64,000 nt of DNA, from positions 96,001 through 160,000 of the forward strand of contig CAVYTU010000008.1 in assembly GCA_963771465.1 (NCBI GenBank), written 5' to 3'. The DNA comes from an uncultured delta proteobacterium (GTDB lineage: Bacteria > Desulfobacterota > Binatia > UBA9968). Positions 9,216 to 18,787 of the stretch are shown in pieces (the first letter of the stretch is position 1; every line of letters begins with the position of its first letter). Under the pieces are notes generated by a model, which saw only the letters and a program-made list of their open reading frames with translations, was not told the origin of the DNA and made no database searches. A program made the translations under genes and the position numbers.

Positions 9216-9306
9216 AATGGAGAATTGATAATGGAGAATGCAAGAACGAGCGATGAATCGCATTTCCAACAAATCATTATCCATTCTCCATTCTCAATTT
9301 TCCATT
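9216..9306. repeat. Inverted array of AATGGAG-like heptamers (hairpin)
   Basis: aatggagaattgataatggagaatg versus cattctccattctcaattttccatt, with an extra cattatc unit. Confidence 0.88.
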
Positions 9307-9362
9307 GCTTTGCCTTCGTTCCGGAGGGCTGCACCTCGATCGCTTGCCGCGAATAATCCCGG

Positions 9363-9755
9363 CTAGGCCCCCAGCGTCATCATCGCGCGCGCAGCCTTGC
9401 GCGCGGCGACCTTTTGAACTAGGTCGCTAAACGTCGTGTTGGGATCACACTTGACGTCGAAAGCGACCAGGAAGAGCGTGATTAAATCCCTCGCATAAAT
9501 CCCGTTTTCCGCCCACTCGGCAATCTGGCTCAAATTGTGCTGCGGTTTGAGCTGCTTGATTTTCATGCCGACGATTTCCGCCAGTCCGGCGGCGATTTGT
9601 TGGGCAACAACGCGGTGTTCCGGCGGAAAGTCCAAGCGGATAAAGGCGACTTCCAACTCCCAGTCCACTCCTTTGGGCTTAGAGCGGACAATCCCCCGGC
9701 CAAAGGTCATCAGTAGCAGAATTACGGCGAGCACTAAGTAAATCGACGCGTTCAT
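9363..9755 (-). CDS. Hypothetical protein with N-terminal membrane anchor
   Basis: 130 aa ORF, hydrophobic N-terminus, co-oriented with neighbours; C-terminal 'TTFSDLVQKV' is vaguely ACP-like. Confidence 0.65.
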   Translation of the reverse strand: MNASIYLVLAVILLLMTFGRGIVRSKPKGVDWELEVAFIRLDFPPEHRVVAQQIAAGLAEIVGMKIKQLKPQHNLSQIAEWAENGIYARDLITLFLVAFDVKCDPNTTFSDLVQKVAARKAARAMMTLGA

Positions 9756-9776
9756 AGACTGTAAAATAAATTTGGT

Positions 9777-10783
9777 TTAGCGATCGTTCACCAGCACGGC
9801 GCGATAACGGAGCTGGTTTTTGCGCAGACGCCCATCGCCGCGTTAGCGTCCGTCATGGAAAAAGATTCGACCAGCGGAGAAATTTTATGTTCGGCGGAAA
9901 AATCGAGCATCGCGGCAAGCTCGGCGTTGGACCCGATGGCACTGCCGCCAATTGATTTCTGCGCTTCGATCAGCGGGAAGACCAGTACGCGCAATTCGCC
10001 CGGCGAAGCGCCGACGAGACAAAGATGACCGTTGGGCTTGAGCAAATTTAGGTATTCGACCCAGGGCAAATCTGCCGAGACGGTCGATAAAACGAAATCG
10101 CAACTGCTCGCCTCACCATTCAGCGCTCCGAGCGCGCTGGTATCGACAAACCGGTCGGCGCCGAAGCCGCGGGCTTCCTCTTGCTTATTCATCGACGTCG
10201 AAAATGCCGTCACCGAATAGCCCATCGCCCGGGCGAATTGGAGCGCGAGATGGCCGAGACCGCCGACACCGACTATACCGACGCGAGCTTTTGCGTTAAG
10301 CCGCTGGCGTCTCAGCGGCGCAAAAACGGTGATGCCGGCGCACAGCAACGGCGCCGCATGTTCTGACTTCAATTCCTCAGGAAGGGCCAGCGCGAAACGG
10401 GCGTCGACAATCACGGATGAAGCGTAACCGCCGTGGCGTCCGATGCAGGTCGGCTGGGCCTGCCGGCAAAGATTCTCGTTACCGTTCAAACACTGCTCGC
10501 AAGCCATACACGAGCCCGCCAACCAGCCGACGCCGACTCTTTGCCCGATGCGAAGATGGCGAACCGCGTTACCAATTCCCGTGATCGTACCGACGATTTC
10601 ATGGCCGGGGACCAACGGATAAGCCGACACGCCCCAGTCGTTATCGATCAAATGCAAATCCGAATGGCAGACGCCGCAGTGCGAAATCTCAATTTCGACT
10701 GACATCGACCCAAGCTCATTGGGCGCGTATTGAAACGGTTCGAGGGCGGCTCCGGCGCGCATGGCCGCATAAGCGTTAATCAT
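9777..10783 (-). CDS. NADPH-dependent Zn alcohol/aldehyde reductase (Ahr/YjgB-like), apparent 1-nt deletion near C-terminus
   Basis: CGVCHSD, GHEIVG, CMACEQC..C, PLLCAGITV, GVGGLG; the expected tail RLRKNQLRYRAVLVNDR* is in another frame after 9831-9833. Confidence 0.85.
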
Positions 10784-10826
10784 GTTTTGGGCCTGGTTTC
10801 GATGAGCCAACGTCGAGGAATGTCAT

Positions 10827-11465
10827 TTATCGACCGCTGCGCTCGCGCACCAACTCCGTCATTGCCAAACTATCGGCATCGCTGAGCTCGCTCAATCCAT
10901 TGACGACACCGGCGCGATCTGCCGCCGGACGATTTTGACTGGCTTTCCACTTACCGTGCAATTTGCTGATGGTAATTTCAATGCCAACAATGGCGTGCAG
11001 TTGTTTTTCAATGAACCCAGGGGGTGCGTCGGTCACTTTCCAAGGATCGCTCCGCGCGCCTTCGAACCGCTCGGTCAATCGGCTCACCAAGCCGCGCAGC
11101 CAATCGGGATCGTCGATAATATTTAGCCGGCCGTAGGCGTGCACGACGGCATAATTGTAAGTCGGCACAACTTCGCCCGTGGTCTGTTTGGTCGGATACC
11201 ACGACGGCGAAACATAAGTTGACGGGCCGTGAAAAATGACCAGCGTGTCGATCTCAGAGGAGAAATCGCGCCACACCGGATTGGCGCGCGCCACGTGACC
11301 GCGCAGCGTGCCGAGTGGCGCCGGCTGCGGCGCAAGTTCAATCGGAATGTGATTGGCGTTTAAGCCATCCGACCCGAGCGTCACCATCGTCGCCAACGGC
11401 CGCTCGCAAATCAGTCGGTGCAGTATCTCGATGCGGGTTTCTTCGAAATGTCCAGGCAAATACAT
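10827..11465 (-). CDS. FMN-binding negative transcriptional regulator (PaiB family)
   Basis: MYLPGHFEE, GHVARANP, YVSPSWY, VPTYNY, KASQNR. Confidence 0.92.
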   Translation of the reverse strand: MYLPGHFEETRIEILHRLICERPLATMVTLGSDGLNANHIPIELAPQPAPLGTLRGHVARANPVWRDFSSEIDTLVIFHGPSTYVSPSWYPTKQTTGEVVPTYNYAVVHAYGRLNIIDDPDWLRGLVSRLTERFEGARSDPWKVTDAPPGFIEKQLHAIVGIEITISKLHGKWKASQNRPAADRAGVVNGLSELSDADSLAMTELVRERSGR

Positions 11466-11495
11466 TGAAACGGGGATCAGCTGCGCTCGATAAAA

Positions 11496-12704
11496 TCACC
11501 ATCGTCCGCGGCCCGGGCCGTAGGCGCGTTGCCGGCCGGCGCGGCTACCGAAGGTCGGTTTAGGATTGGGGTCGAGCAGTCGGCAATAGGCGTAGTTGAA
11601 ATCATCCAGCTTTACGCGGGGAATTTTTTGGCCGATGAAATGCTCGATGGATGCCACTTCCTGGACATCTTCGGCGGTCATGATCGTAAACGCGTCGCCG
11701 ACGCTCTGGGCCCGACCGGTGCGGCCAATGCGATGGACATAATCTTCCGGATGGTGCGGCACGTCGAAATTGATCACATGGCTGATCTGCTGAACATCGA
11801 TACCGCGCGCGGCGATATCAGTGGCGACCATAACTTCGTAGCGGCCGTTGCGAAAACCGTTGAGCGCCTGCTCGCGCTCGCGCTGCGTACGGTTGGAATG
11901 GAGCACGGCGACCGAGTGGCCTTGATTCTGTAAATGGCGCGCGACCCGGTCGGCGCCATTCTTGGTCCGGCAAAAAATCAAAACTTGATCATAATCGGTG
12001 CGGCGCAACAGTTCTTCGAGCAAGCCTTGCTTTTGGCCGACATCGACCGGATATAGCGCATGGGTGACGGTCTCAGCCGGCATGCGGCGCTGGCCGATCT
12101 CGATGGTTTGCGGATTGTGCAGCGCCCAGCGGCATAACTGCTCGATCTCCGGCGGCACCGTCGCCGAGAACAGCATCGTTTGGCGCGTCTTCGGACAGCG
12201 CTCAAGAATCCTGCGCACGTCGGGCATAAAACCCATGTCCAACATTCGGTCCGCTTCATCGAGGATAAGTATCTCGATATCGCCCAGCTTGACCATTTTG
12301 CGTTGTATCTGGTCGAGCAAGCGGCCCGGTGTCGCGACTAAAATATCCACACCCTGGCGCAAGGCTTGATCCTGCCGGCCATAGCCGGTGCCGCCAAACA
12401 CCACCACCGTGCGCAGATCGGTAAAGCGCGCGTAATCGCGCACCGCGGTTTCAACCTGCGCCGCCAGCTCGCGCGTCGGCTCGAGCACCAGCGCGCGTAG
12501 TTTGCCGCGTTGGCCCAAGCGCGTGATGACCGGCAGCGCAAAGGCAGCGGTCTTGCCCGTGCCGGTCTGCGCCGAGCCGATAATATCGCGGCCTTCGAGA
12601 ATTAGCGGGATCGCGCGTAGCTGAATCGGGGTTGGATCGGTATAACCGGCGGCGCGTACGCCTTCCAAGACTTTAGGAGACAATCCGAGTGTAGAAAATG
12701 GCAC
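11496..12704 (-). CDS. DEAD-box RNA helicase (RhlE-like)
   Basis: Q motif, AQTGTGKT, PTRELA, DEAD, SAT, ARGID, HRIGRTGR. Confidence 0.95.
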   Translation of the reverse strand: MPFSTLGLSPKVLEGVRAAGYTDPTPIQLRAIPLILEGRDIIGSAQTGTGKTAAFALPVITRLGQRGKLRALVLEPTRELAAQVETAVRDYARFTDLRTVVVFGGTGYGRQDQALRQGVDILVATPGRLLDQIQRKMVKLGDIEILILDEADRMLDMGFMPDVRRILERCPKTRQTMLFSATVPPEIEQLCRWALHNPQTIEIGQRRMPAETVTHALYPVDVGQKQGLLEELLRRTDYDQVLIFCRTKNGADRVARHLQNQGHSVAVLHSNRTQREREQALNGFRNGRYEVMVATDIAARGIDVQQISHVINFDVPHHPEDYVHRIGRTGRAQSVGDAFTIMTAEDVQEVASIEHFIGQKIPRVKLDDFNYAYCRLLDPNPKPTFGSRAGRQRAYGPGRGRW

Positions 12705-12823
12705 GCTTAGTTATAGGCATAAGACGCTGCGCTTCTCAATCGACGAGCGAAAGCAGCGCAAACCGTGGGCGTATGTGACCGTGGCGCGAGCGCAAAAGAT
12801 CCAATTCCGTCGCCGCCGCTCGA

Positions 12824-13369
12824 TTAAAACGCCGCCGCGGCCAGCGCCGTGCGAATGAATTCGCGTTTGGCCTGGGAGTATTGGGTGTTTTTACAGATGC
12901 CGCGTGAAAGTATTACGCGTTTTTGCATTTCGTAGGCCCGGCGCAATCCCACGTTGCTGCGCAGTAGATCGCGAAACTTGACGATATCACTCGCTTCTGC
13001 GCAACCATCCTCAAGCACATGCACGTGCACCCGATAGTCTCGGCCGAGATACTCCACGGTGGCGACTCGTAACGGCCGGTTTTCCGGTAAAGACTCGGGA
13101 CCACTCTGCTGCTGAAAACCCAGATCATCTAAAATCTCATGAGCCTCAACGAGTCGACCGACCGGGTATAATAAAATCAGATCGACAACCCCCTTGCCGC
13201 AGCAGCCGGGCACAGCCGTGCTGCCAACATGCTCCACGCAAAACTTGGCATCGGCCGCAAGGATCATTTGCGCCACGCTGTCAGCGACCCGGGGCGATTC
13301 GTGATCGTATGGAAGATATTCAGCCGGTCGATACATATATTTGCCAATCTTGCTGATCTCTGTCGACAT
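12824..13369 (-). CDS. GrpB family nucleotidyltransferase-fold protein
   Basis: EHVGSTAVPG..GKGVVDL, HVHV, FRDLLR, YEMQK, YSQAK motifs. Confidence 0.85.
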   Translation of the reverse strand: MSTEISKIGKYMYRPAEYLPYDHESPRVADSVAQMILAADAKFCVEHVGSTAVPGCCGKGVVDLILLYPVGRLVEAHEILDDLGFQQQSGPESLPENRPLRVATVEYLGRDYRVHVHVLEDGCAEASDIVKFRDLLRSNVGLRRAYEMQKRVILSRGICKNTQYSQAKREFIRTALAAAAF

Positions 13370-13506
13370 CCCGCAAAACCCCCACCCTGTGAAAAATTGA
13401 TCATGTCAAAATAGCCGATCTCGACAACGCCTTCGGTTTGATCGCAACGGCGCGCACACTTGCTGTCGGTCAACGGCATTACTGCAAATTCGATTTTGCT
13501 AATACC

Positions 13507-13521
13507 GCAATCGTGGTGCCA
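13507..13521 (-). promoter_or_regulatory. sigma54 (-24/-12) promoter upstream of GrpB gene
   Basis: Minus strand reads TGGCAC-cacga-TTGC, matching TGGCAC-N5-TTGC. Confidence 0.65.
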
Positions 13522-13816
13522 ACCGCGTTGCCTGGTGCAGTGGCGGAACAACTACGGCGAACGCAAAAATAGTCTAGGAACTTTGAAGAGTTGGCCTACG
13601 GCTACAAAAACCACCAGGCGCTGGTGCAACACTTGGATACAATCACTGTAAACGCTGGGATACAGGAGGAGTGAGCCGACCTATTGGGTTTACTCCTCGG
13701 CGACTTTAACGTCACTGGCAAGCGACATAATCCGTCACTTATACCGGATTGCGTAGTCGGAGCAATTCTGTAGGCCACGTAAGGCACGAGCCCGCAGTCG
13801 GGAAGACACTCAACGG

Positions 13817-13960
13817 TGTGCTGAAATCCTACACGCCGGGCTGCATGATGCCCAAAGTCTTCTTCGAACCGTCGCCATACAGCACCGTGCGGCTAACCAC
13901 TTTACCATCAAAAAAGACGTTCGCTTCCTTTACCACGGTGACGTTGCGCGATTCAGACAT
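13817..13960 (-). pseudogene. ppnP: Pyrimidine/purine nucleoside phosphorylase (DUF1255) 5' fragment with in-frame TAG
   Basis: [47 protein letters not shown] matches the PpnP N-terminus; TAG at 13829-13831 where Tyr is expected; similarity stops just after. Confidence 0.8.
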
Positions 13961-13976
13961 GAAGTTTCCTTATCTC

Positions 13977-14408
13977 TCACAATCTCAATTCGCCTGCGCC
14001 GGCTTTCGTTCGTTTCCGTAGCGTCATCATAAAACCCGCTTTGTCCGCTGGCGAAATCATCAGTTCGGCGCCGCCGCCGTAACGGATCAGCAGCCTGTCC
14101 AACGACAACGCCGGGCTCGACATTGGATTACGCGTCGGCTCAATTTCATAGATATCGCGAAGCGGGATCGACCAGGAAAACGGCCCTGACTTTACCAAAA
14201 GAAATTCTTCGGTAAGCGTGTAGCGCGTGCTCAGGTAAAGCCAGAGAAATATGGCCAGGACGACGGCAACGATCAGCACAGCCACTAAAGTTGCGGTGCG
14301 ATCGTCGACACCGCTCCCGTCCAAGAGAAATTCCAGCGCTAATATTGGCACGCCAACGAGCGCCAGAATCAACCAAAAATCTACTTTAGAACGAAACGCC
14401 TGTTCCAT
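13977..14408 (-). CDS. Bacterial PH-domain membrane protein
   Basis: FRSKVD, two TM helices, TRYTL, SSPALSLDRLLIRYG, ISPADK. Confidence 0.82.
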   Translation of the reverse strand: MEQAFRSKVDFWLILALVGVPILALEFLLDGSGVDDRTATLVAVLIVAVVLAIFLWLYLSTRYTLTEEFLLVKSGPFSWSIPLRDIYEIEPTRNPMSSPALSLDRLLIRYGGGAELMISPADKAGFMMTLRKRTKAGAGELRL

Positions 14409-14487
14409 TGTCGAATCCTCGTGTCTTACTGTTGCCCGATCTCGACCAACATTCCAAGTGGATAACAATGTCCCGGAAGTTAAATTC

Positions 14488-15708
14488 CTATGCCGGCACC
14501 CCTCTCGGCTCAAGACGCGGTTCGCGAATCGGTAAATTCAACAATGCCGCGATCGCCGCAAAGAGCGCATCGGCGTACCACATCCAGAGATAGTTGCCGT
14601 AATAACTGAAAGCCAAACCCCCTAGCCAGGCGCCAAAAAAGCCGCCGATCTGATGCGACAGCATGGTCAAACCGTAAAGCGTCGCGAGATAACGCGTGCC
14701 GAATAATTTTCCCACCACGCCGGCGGTCGGCGGCGCGGTGCCGAGCCAAGAGAACCCTAAGCCGATAGCCATGAGATAAAACGTCCATTCGGATTTCGGC
14801 GCGGCGAGATAAAGTAGAATGAGGATAGTGCGCGAGCCGTACATGCCGAACAGTATGTATTTGCCGCGATAATGATTGAGCAGCCAGCCGGCGGCAAAAC
14901 TGCCGGCGATATTCGCCAGACCGATGATCGCCAGCGACCAACTCGCCACCGAAGCGGGCAAGCCGCACAGATCGACTTCTCCCGGCAAATGAGTGACGAG
15001 AAAGGCGATATGAAAGCCGCAGGTGAGAAAACTGCCGTGCAGCAATAGATAACTCGAATTACCGAAGGCAGTGCGCAGCGCCGTGCGCATGGTGCCGTCA
15101 CGACCCGTAATGCCGAGCACACCGCCTTGACCAACGGGACCGGCGATGGATTTCACCAGCGGCAAAGCTAACAGCGCAATCGCACCGAGCGACCACATGG
15201 CGCCCGTCCAGCCCCAGAGTGTAATCATTTTCTGCACGATCGGTGCGAAGAGAAATTGACCGAAGGAGCCGCCACCGGTCAGCAGTCCTGACGCTAGCGC
15301 GCGCTCTCTGGGGTCCAAACGCTGCGCCAACGCGCCGATCAATATCGAAAAACTTCCAGCGCCGGACCCCACCGCGGTGATAATGCCGATCGTAACGACG
15401 AAGCCAATGCTACTGGCAAAAAACGGCGTCACTGCCGTACCGACCGCAAGCAGCAAGACGCCGCCGATCAGCACAGGAGTGAAACCGAATCGATCCGCAC
15501 ATGCACCCGCAATCGGCTGCGCCAACCCCCACATAAACTGCCCCACAGCCATGGCGAAGCTAATTGTGACGATGCTCACACCCGTCGAGCCGCTGATCGG
15601 AAACACGAACAACCCCTGCGCCTGGCGCGCCCCCATCGTGATCATGAGCATCACTGCCGCAGCAAGCGTGATGAAGAGCCAAGCGTTGTCCTTGTTAGAG
15701 TGATTCAT
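14488..15708 (-). CDS. MFS transporter
   Basis: About 12 TM helices; GACADRFG; FLTCGFHIAFLVTHLP; HQIGGFFGAWLGG. Confidence 0.92.
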   Translation of the reverse strand: MNHSNKDNAWLFITLAAAVMLMITMGARQAQGLFVFPISGSTGVSIVTISFAMAVGQFMWGLAQPIAGACADRFGFTPVLIGGVLLLAVGTAVTPFFASSIGFVVTIGIITAVGSGAGSFSILIGALAQRLDPRERALASGLLTGGGSFGQFLFAPIVQKMITLWGWTGAMWSLGAIALLALPLVKSIAGPVGQGGVLGITGRDGTMRTALRTAFGNSSYLLLHGSFLTCGFHIAFLVTHLPGEVDLCGLPASVASWSLAIIGLANIAGSFAAGWLLNHYRGKYILFGMYGSRTILILLYLAAPKSEWTFYLMAIGLGFSWLGTAPPTAGVVGKLFGTRYLATLYGLTMLSHQIGGFFGAWLGGLAFSYYGNYLWMWYADALFAAIAALLNLPIREPRLEPRGVPA

Positions 15709-15778
15709 GGTTCTCAACAAAATAGTTTCGGCGCGTTAACTTTGCGGTAGACAATCCCTATATCGATCATGCTCGTGA

Positions 15779-16831
15779 TCAAATTTTGGCCACGACTCTC
15801 CCGACGACACTCCCCGCCTTCAACTCGTCCAACGTCCGGCTCACCTCCGCCAACGCGCGCGTCTCGATCGGGATCGGCTTGAGCTTGCCGTCGCGGGCAA
15901 ACGCAACGACAGCTTTCAATTCTTCCACGCTGCCGAGATGTGAACCTTGAACCGTGATCGCGCGCAGGATCGTGCTGGCGATCGATAGTTGAATCTCGCC
16001 GCCGAACAAACCGACGAGGATCAGCTTGCCGCCTTTGCGTAGCGCGCTTAGCTCTAAGGTCGCAGTTTCACTGGCGCCGACGAAATCCACCGCGCCGTAA
16101 AGTGCGCCGCTAGTTAATTGCTTGAGCCTTTGCGCCGCGTCACCGTCGCGACTGTTCAACACCGCAGCTGCACCGGCCGCTTCGGCCGCCTGCAACTTCG
16201 CCGCGTCGATATCGATCGCGATAATTTTCTCATGCCCGAATGCGCGTAGCATGCCGATCGCGGACAAGCCCAATCCGCCGGCGCCCATCACGGCGACCCA
16301 CTCATTCGCTGGAATCGGTTTCAACTTAGAAACCGCCGAGAAGGTCGACAGACCTGAGCAAGACAAGGTCGCCGCCCACACCGGATCGATGCCGCTGGCA
16401 TCGACGAGGTAGCGCGGGTGTGGCACGAGCAAATGATCGGCGTAGCCGCCGGCCCGCTGGATACCGATCATGTTGGGCGCCATGCAATAGTTATCCAATC
16501 CATCTTCGCATCGCACGCACTCACCGCAACCGATCCAGGGAAAAATCAGACGATCTGCGCCGAGGGGCGCGTCGCTCGCATCCGGTCCAGCGGCGATGAC
16601 GGTGCCGAAAGGCTCATGTCCGAGCGTCACCGGTGGATTCATGCCGCGCTCGCTCATGTTCAAACGTTTGCCGCCGCCGAGATCGAAGTAACCGTCGCGG
16701 ATATGCACGTCGCTGTGGCACACGCCGCAAAACTTAAGCCTCATCAATACTTCCGTGCCTTTCGGCACTGGCGTCTCACGCTCACGTTGTTCAAGCGGCT
16801 TGCCCCATTCGACAACGTCGTAACTCAGCAT
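15779..16831 (-). CDS. Zn-dependent alcohol dehydrogenase (MDR family)
   Basis: CGVCHSD, GHEPFG, CGECVRC..C, GAGGLG. Confidence 0.92.
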   Translation of the reverse strand: MLSYDVVEWGKPLEQRERETPVPKGTEVLMRLKFCGVCHSDVHIRDGYFDLGGGKRLNMSERGMNPPVTLGHEPFGTVIAAGPDASDAPLGADRLIFPWIGCGECVRCEDGLDNYCMAPNMIGIQRAGGYADHLLVPHPRYLVDASGIDPVWAATLSCSGLSTFSAVSKLKPIPANEWVAVMGAGGLGLSAIGMLRAFGHEKIIAIDIDAAKLQAAEAAGAAAVLNSRDGDAAQRLKQLTSGALYGAVDFVGASETATLELSALRKGGKLILVGLFGGEIQLSIASTILRAITVQGSHLGSVEELKAVVAFARDGKLKPIPIETRALAEVSRTLDELKAGSVVGRVVAKI

Positions 16832-16935
16832 AGAGCATTCTCAACTGGATTCGCGCCTACAAAGAAGGTCGATGAACCGGCATCGTCAAACAAATTAGTG
16901 GTTCCCGTTGCATCTCTCGATTCGGTCGAAACCGT

Positions 16936-17646
16936 TCAATCTCCCGTCGGCGAGACGCGGTATGCCTTCACGGCCTCGACCTTATTGAGCGCTTGGGTCA
17001 GTTTTGTGGCATTTTCGCCTCGAGTAGTGCGGATAATCATCTGATACTCGAAGAAATCGGCTTCGACATCGAGCCGATAGTTCAGATTCGCCACCGTGAA
17101 GCCGTAATCGGTCAACAACTGGCGCATTTCCGGCTCCGGCATGGCTTTGTCGCGCGCGAAGCGCACGACGAATTGAGCGTAGAACTGGGAAGCGATGCGG
17201 CTCTCGATCCATCTGAAAACCGACAGCGTGCCGAGGGTGAGAACAGTCGCCATCAAGGCGGGAAAGTAAAATCCGATGCCGACCAGAATACCGATCGCCG
17301 CGGTAATCCAGATCGAAGCAGCAGTGGTGAGCCCGCGGACGGACAAGCCATCCCTAATGATCGTTCCGGCGCCGAGAAAACCGATGCCGGTCATGATGCC
17401 TTGCGCCATTCGCGTCGGGTCGAGCGAAATGCGGCCTTGAGTGATGGTGGGGAACCAGCGCGTTTCGTATACCGTCACGAGCATCAACAGACTTGTCGAA
17501 AGGCATACTAGCGAATGGGTGCGAAAGCCGGCGGGCCGGCCGTGATAGCTTCGCTCGAGTCCGATGAGCCCGCCGACAACCAGCGACGCCACCAAGCGCA
17601 ACGTGATGTCGAGATAGACGCCGTCGAAAAGTTGTAATTGGCTCAT
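16936..17646 (-). CDS. MgtC/SapB family protein
   Basis: GLERSYHGRPAGFRTH, DPTRMAQGIMTGIGFLGAG, GLTTAASIW. Confidence 0.93.
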   Translation of the reverse strand: MSQLQLFDGVYLDITLRLVASLVVGGLIGLERSYHGRPAGFRTHSLVCLSTSLLMLVTVYETRWFPTITQGRISLDPTRMAQGIMTGIGFLGAGTIIRDGLSVRGLTTAASIWITAAIGILVGIGFYFPALMATVLTLGTLSVFRWIESRIASQFYAQFVVRFARDKAMPEPEMRQLLTDYGFTVANLNYRLDVEADFFEYQMIIRTTRGENATKLTQALNKVEAVKAYRVSPTGD

Positions 17647-17852
17647 ACCGGCTTCAGTCCCTTGGGCAAGGCGTGATTTTGCCTCTCCGCCGGAGCGATG
17701 TCCATGGTTCTCGTCAAGTGCCCAATCCTAGCCTCGCCGCCGCCGAGCGTGCGGAACAGCTAGACGAAATTCGCTCTGCCGCCTTCATGAGCGGCGTGAC
17801 TCATTCAACGAAGTCGCAACGGAGCATGATCGTTTAAATGCTTTTGCGACGC

Positions 17853-18311
17853 TCACCGAATCACACTTTGCTGCCGGAGCAGCAGGCGCAGAATCTCCAC
17901 CCGTTTGCGATTGACACCAAAATCACCGTGGCCAAGGCGCGCCGCCGAGCGCACCGCGATGGTGTTTTGCGCCGGACGTAGATGCAATTCCAGATCGTCG
18001 ATAAAACCGAAGACGGCGCTGCTGCACTCGGCGTGAAGGTAATCTTCAGTCACAGTAATGATCTTAGTTCGCGGCAGACTTTCAAGCGCGGCGCGCAGCG
18101 CGCGCCAGCCATCCGCCGGCGGCGCGACAAGCTGGAAGGCGGCAATCGCATGAGCAGAATCTGTGGCATCGCTCGACACACAATTCGGCGTTGACGGACA
18201 GGGCGCCAACCGGCCGTCTTTAATTCCCATATTGGCGGGTCGGGTGCCGGAACAAGAAAACAACGACATGGCGATGAAACCCGCGGCGACAATTCGGACC
18301 ACGTAAAGCAA
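17853..18311 (-). CDS. DUF1499 family (lipo)protein
   Basis: LFSC lipobox-like; LAPCPSTPNCVSS, FGFIDDLE, RSAARLGHGDFGVNRKR. Confidence 0.88.
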   Translation of the reverse strand: MLYVVRIVAAGFIAMSLFSCSGTRPANMGIKDGRLAPCPSTPNCVSSDATDSAHAIAAFQLVAPPADGWRALRAALESLPRTKIITVTEDYLHAECSSAVFGFIDDLELHLRPAQNTIAVRSAARLGHGDFGVNRKRVEILRLLLRQQSVIR

Positions 18312-18338
18312 GATCAGCGGTAATGGCTCGAAGTCGAG

Positions 18339-18689
18339 CTATTCCTTTTTCTGTTCGGCTTGTTGGTCGAAAAATTTAAGCGCCATGGAGCCGTGCGTTG
18401 CTGCCGCGCCTGCGCGTAAGGCGGCGGCGATGAGCGATGCTTCGACAACTTCCTCGCGCGTCGCTCCGGCGTTGTGGGCCGCTTTAGCGTGCGCTTCCAT
18501 ACAATACGGACACTGCGTCGTCACCGACACGGCGATGGCGATCAGCTCACGATATTTCTTTGGAATCGCGCCGTTCTCTCGGCCGATGATGTTATTCAAT
18601 CCAAGCCAGGCATTGAAGTCGTCGGGCGCCAGCTTGCGCATGTCGCGCATCAACTTCAAATCGTTTTCATCATGGTAGTGATCTGACAT
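18339..18689 (-). CDS. Carboxymuconolactone decarboxylase/AhpD-like protein
   Basis: KYRELIAIAV..TTQCPYCMEAH, GATREE, ALRAGAA. Confidence 0.9.
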   Translation of the reverse strand: MSDHYHDENDLKLMRDMRKLAPDDFNAWLGLNNIIGRENGAIPKKYRELIAIAVSVTTQCPYCMEAHAKAAHNAGATREEVVEASLIAAALRAGAAATHGSMALKFFDQQAEQKKE

Positions 18690-18787
18690 CGAAACAGCCT
18701 CCTGAAAGTCGCCGCATTATTCCTGTATTTACAATGCGAAAGCAATCGCGTTGACAGCTTTGCTTGGCTTACGTTACTGCTTAACGA

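Noticed and set aside
13397-13409. FNR-like box TTGATCATGTCAA upstream of the GrpB gene
   Set aside because: The spacing is one base short of TTGAT-N4-ATCAA.
13829-13831. Pyrrolysine or other readthrough of the ppnP TAG (and of the toxin TAA)
   Set aside because: ppnP similarity ends a few codons later, TAG and TAA serve as normal stops in many genes here, and no recoding machinery is visible.
17647-17852. M-box or Mg-responsive leader upstream of the MgtC gene
   Set aside because: No recognisable ykoK/M-box motifs, terminator or leader peptide.
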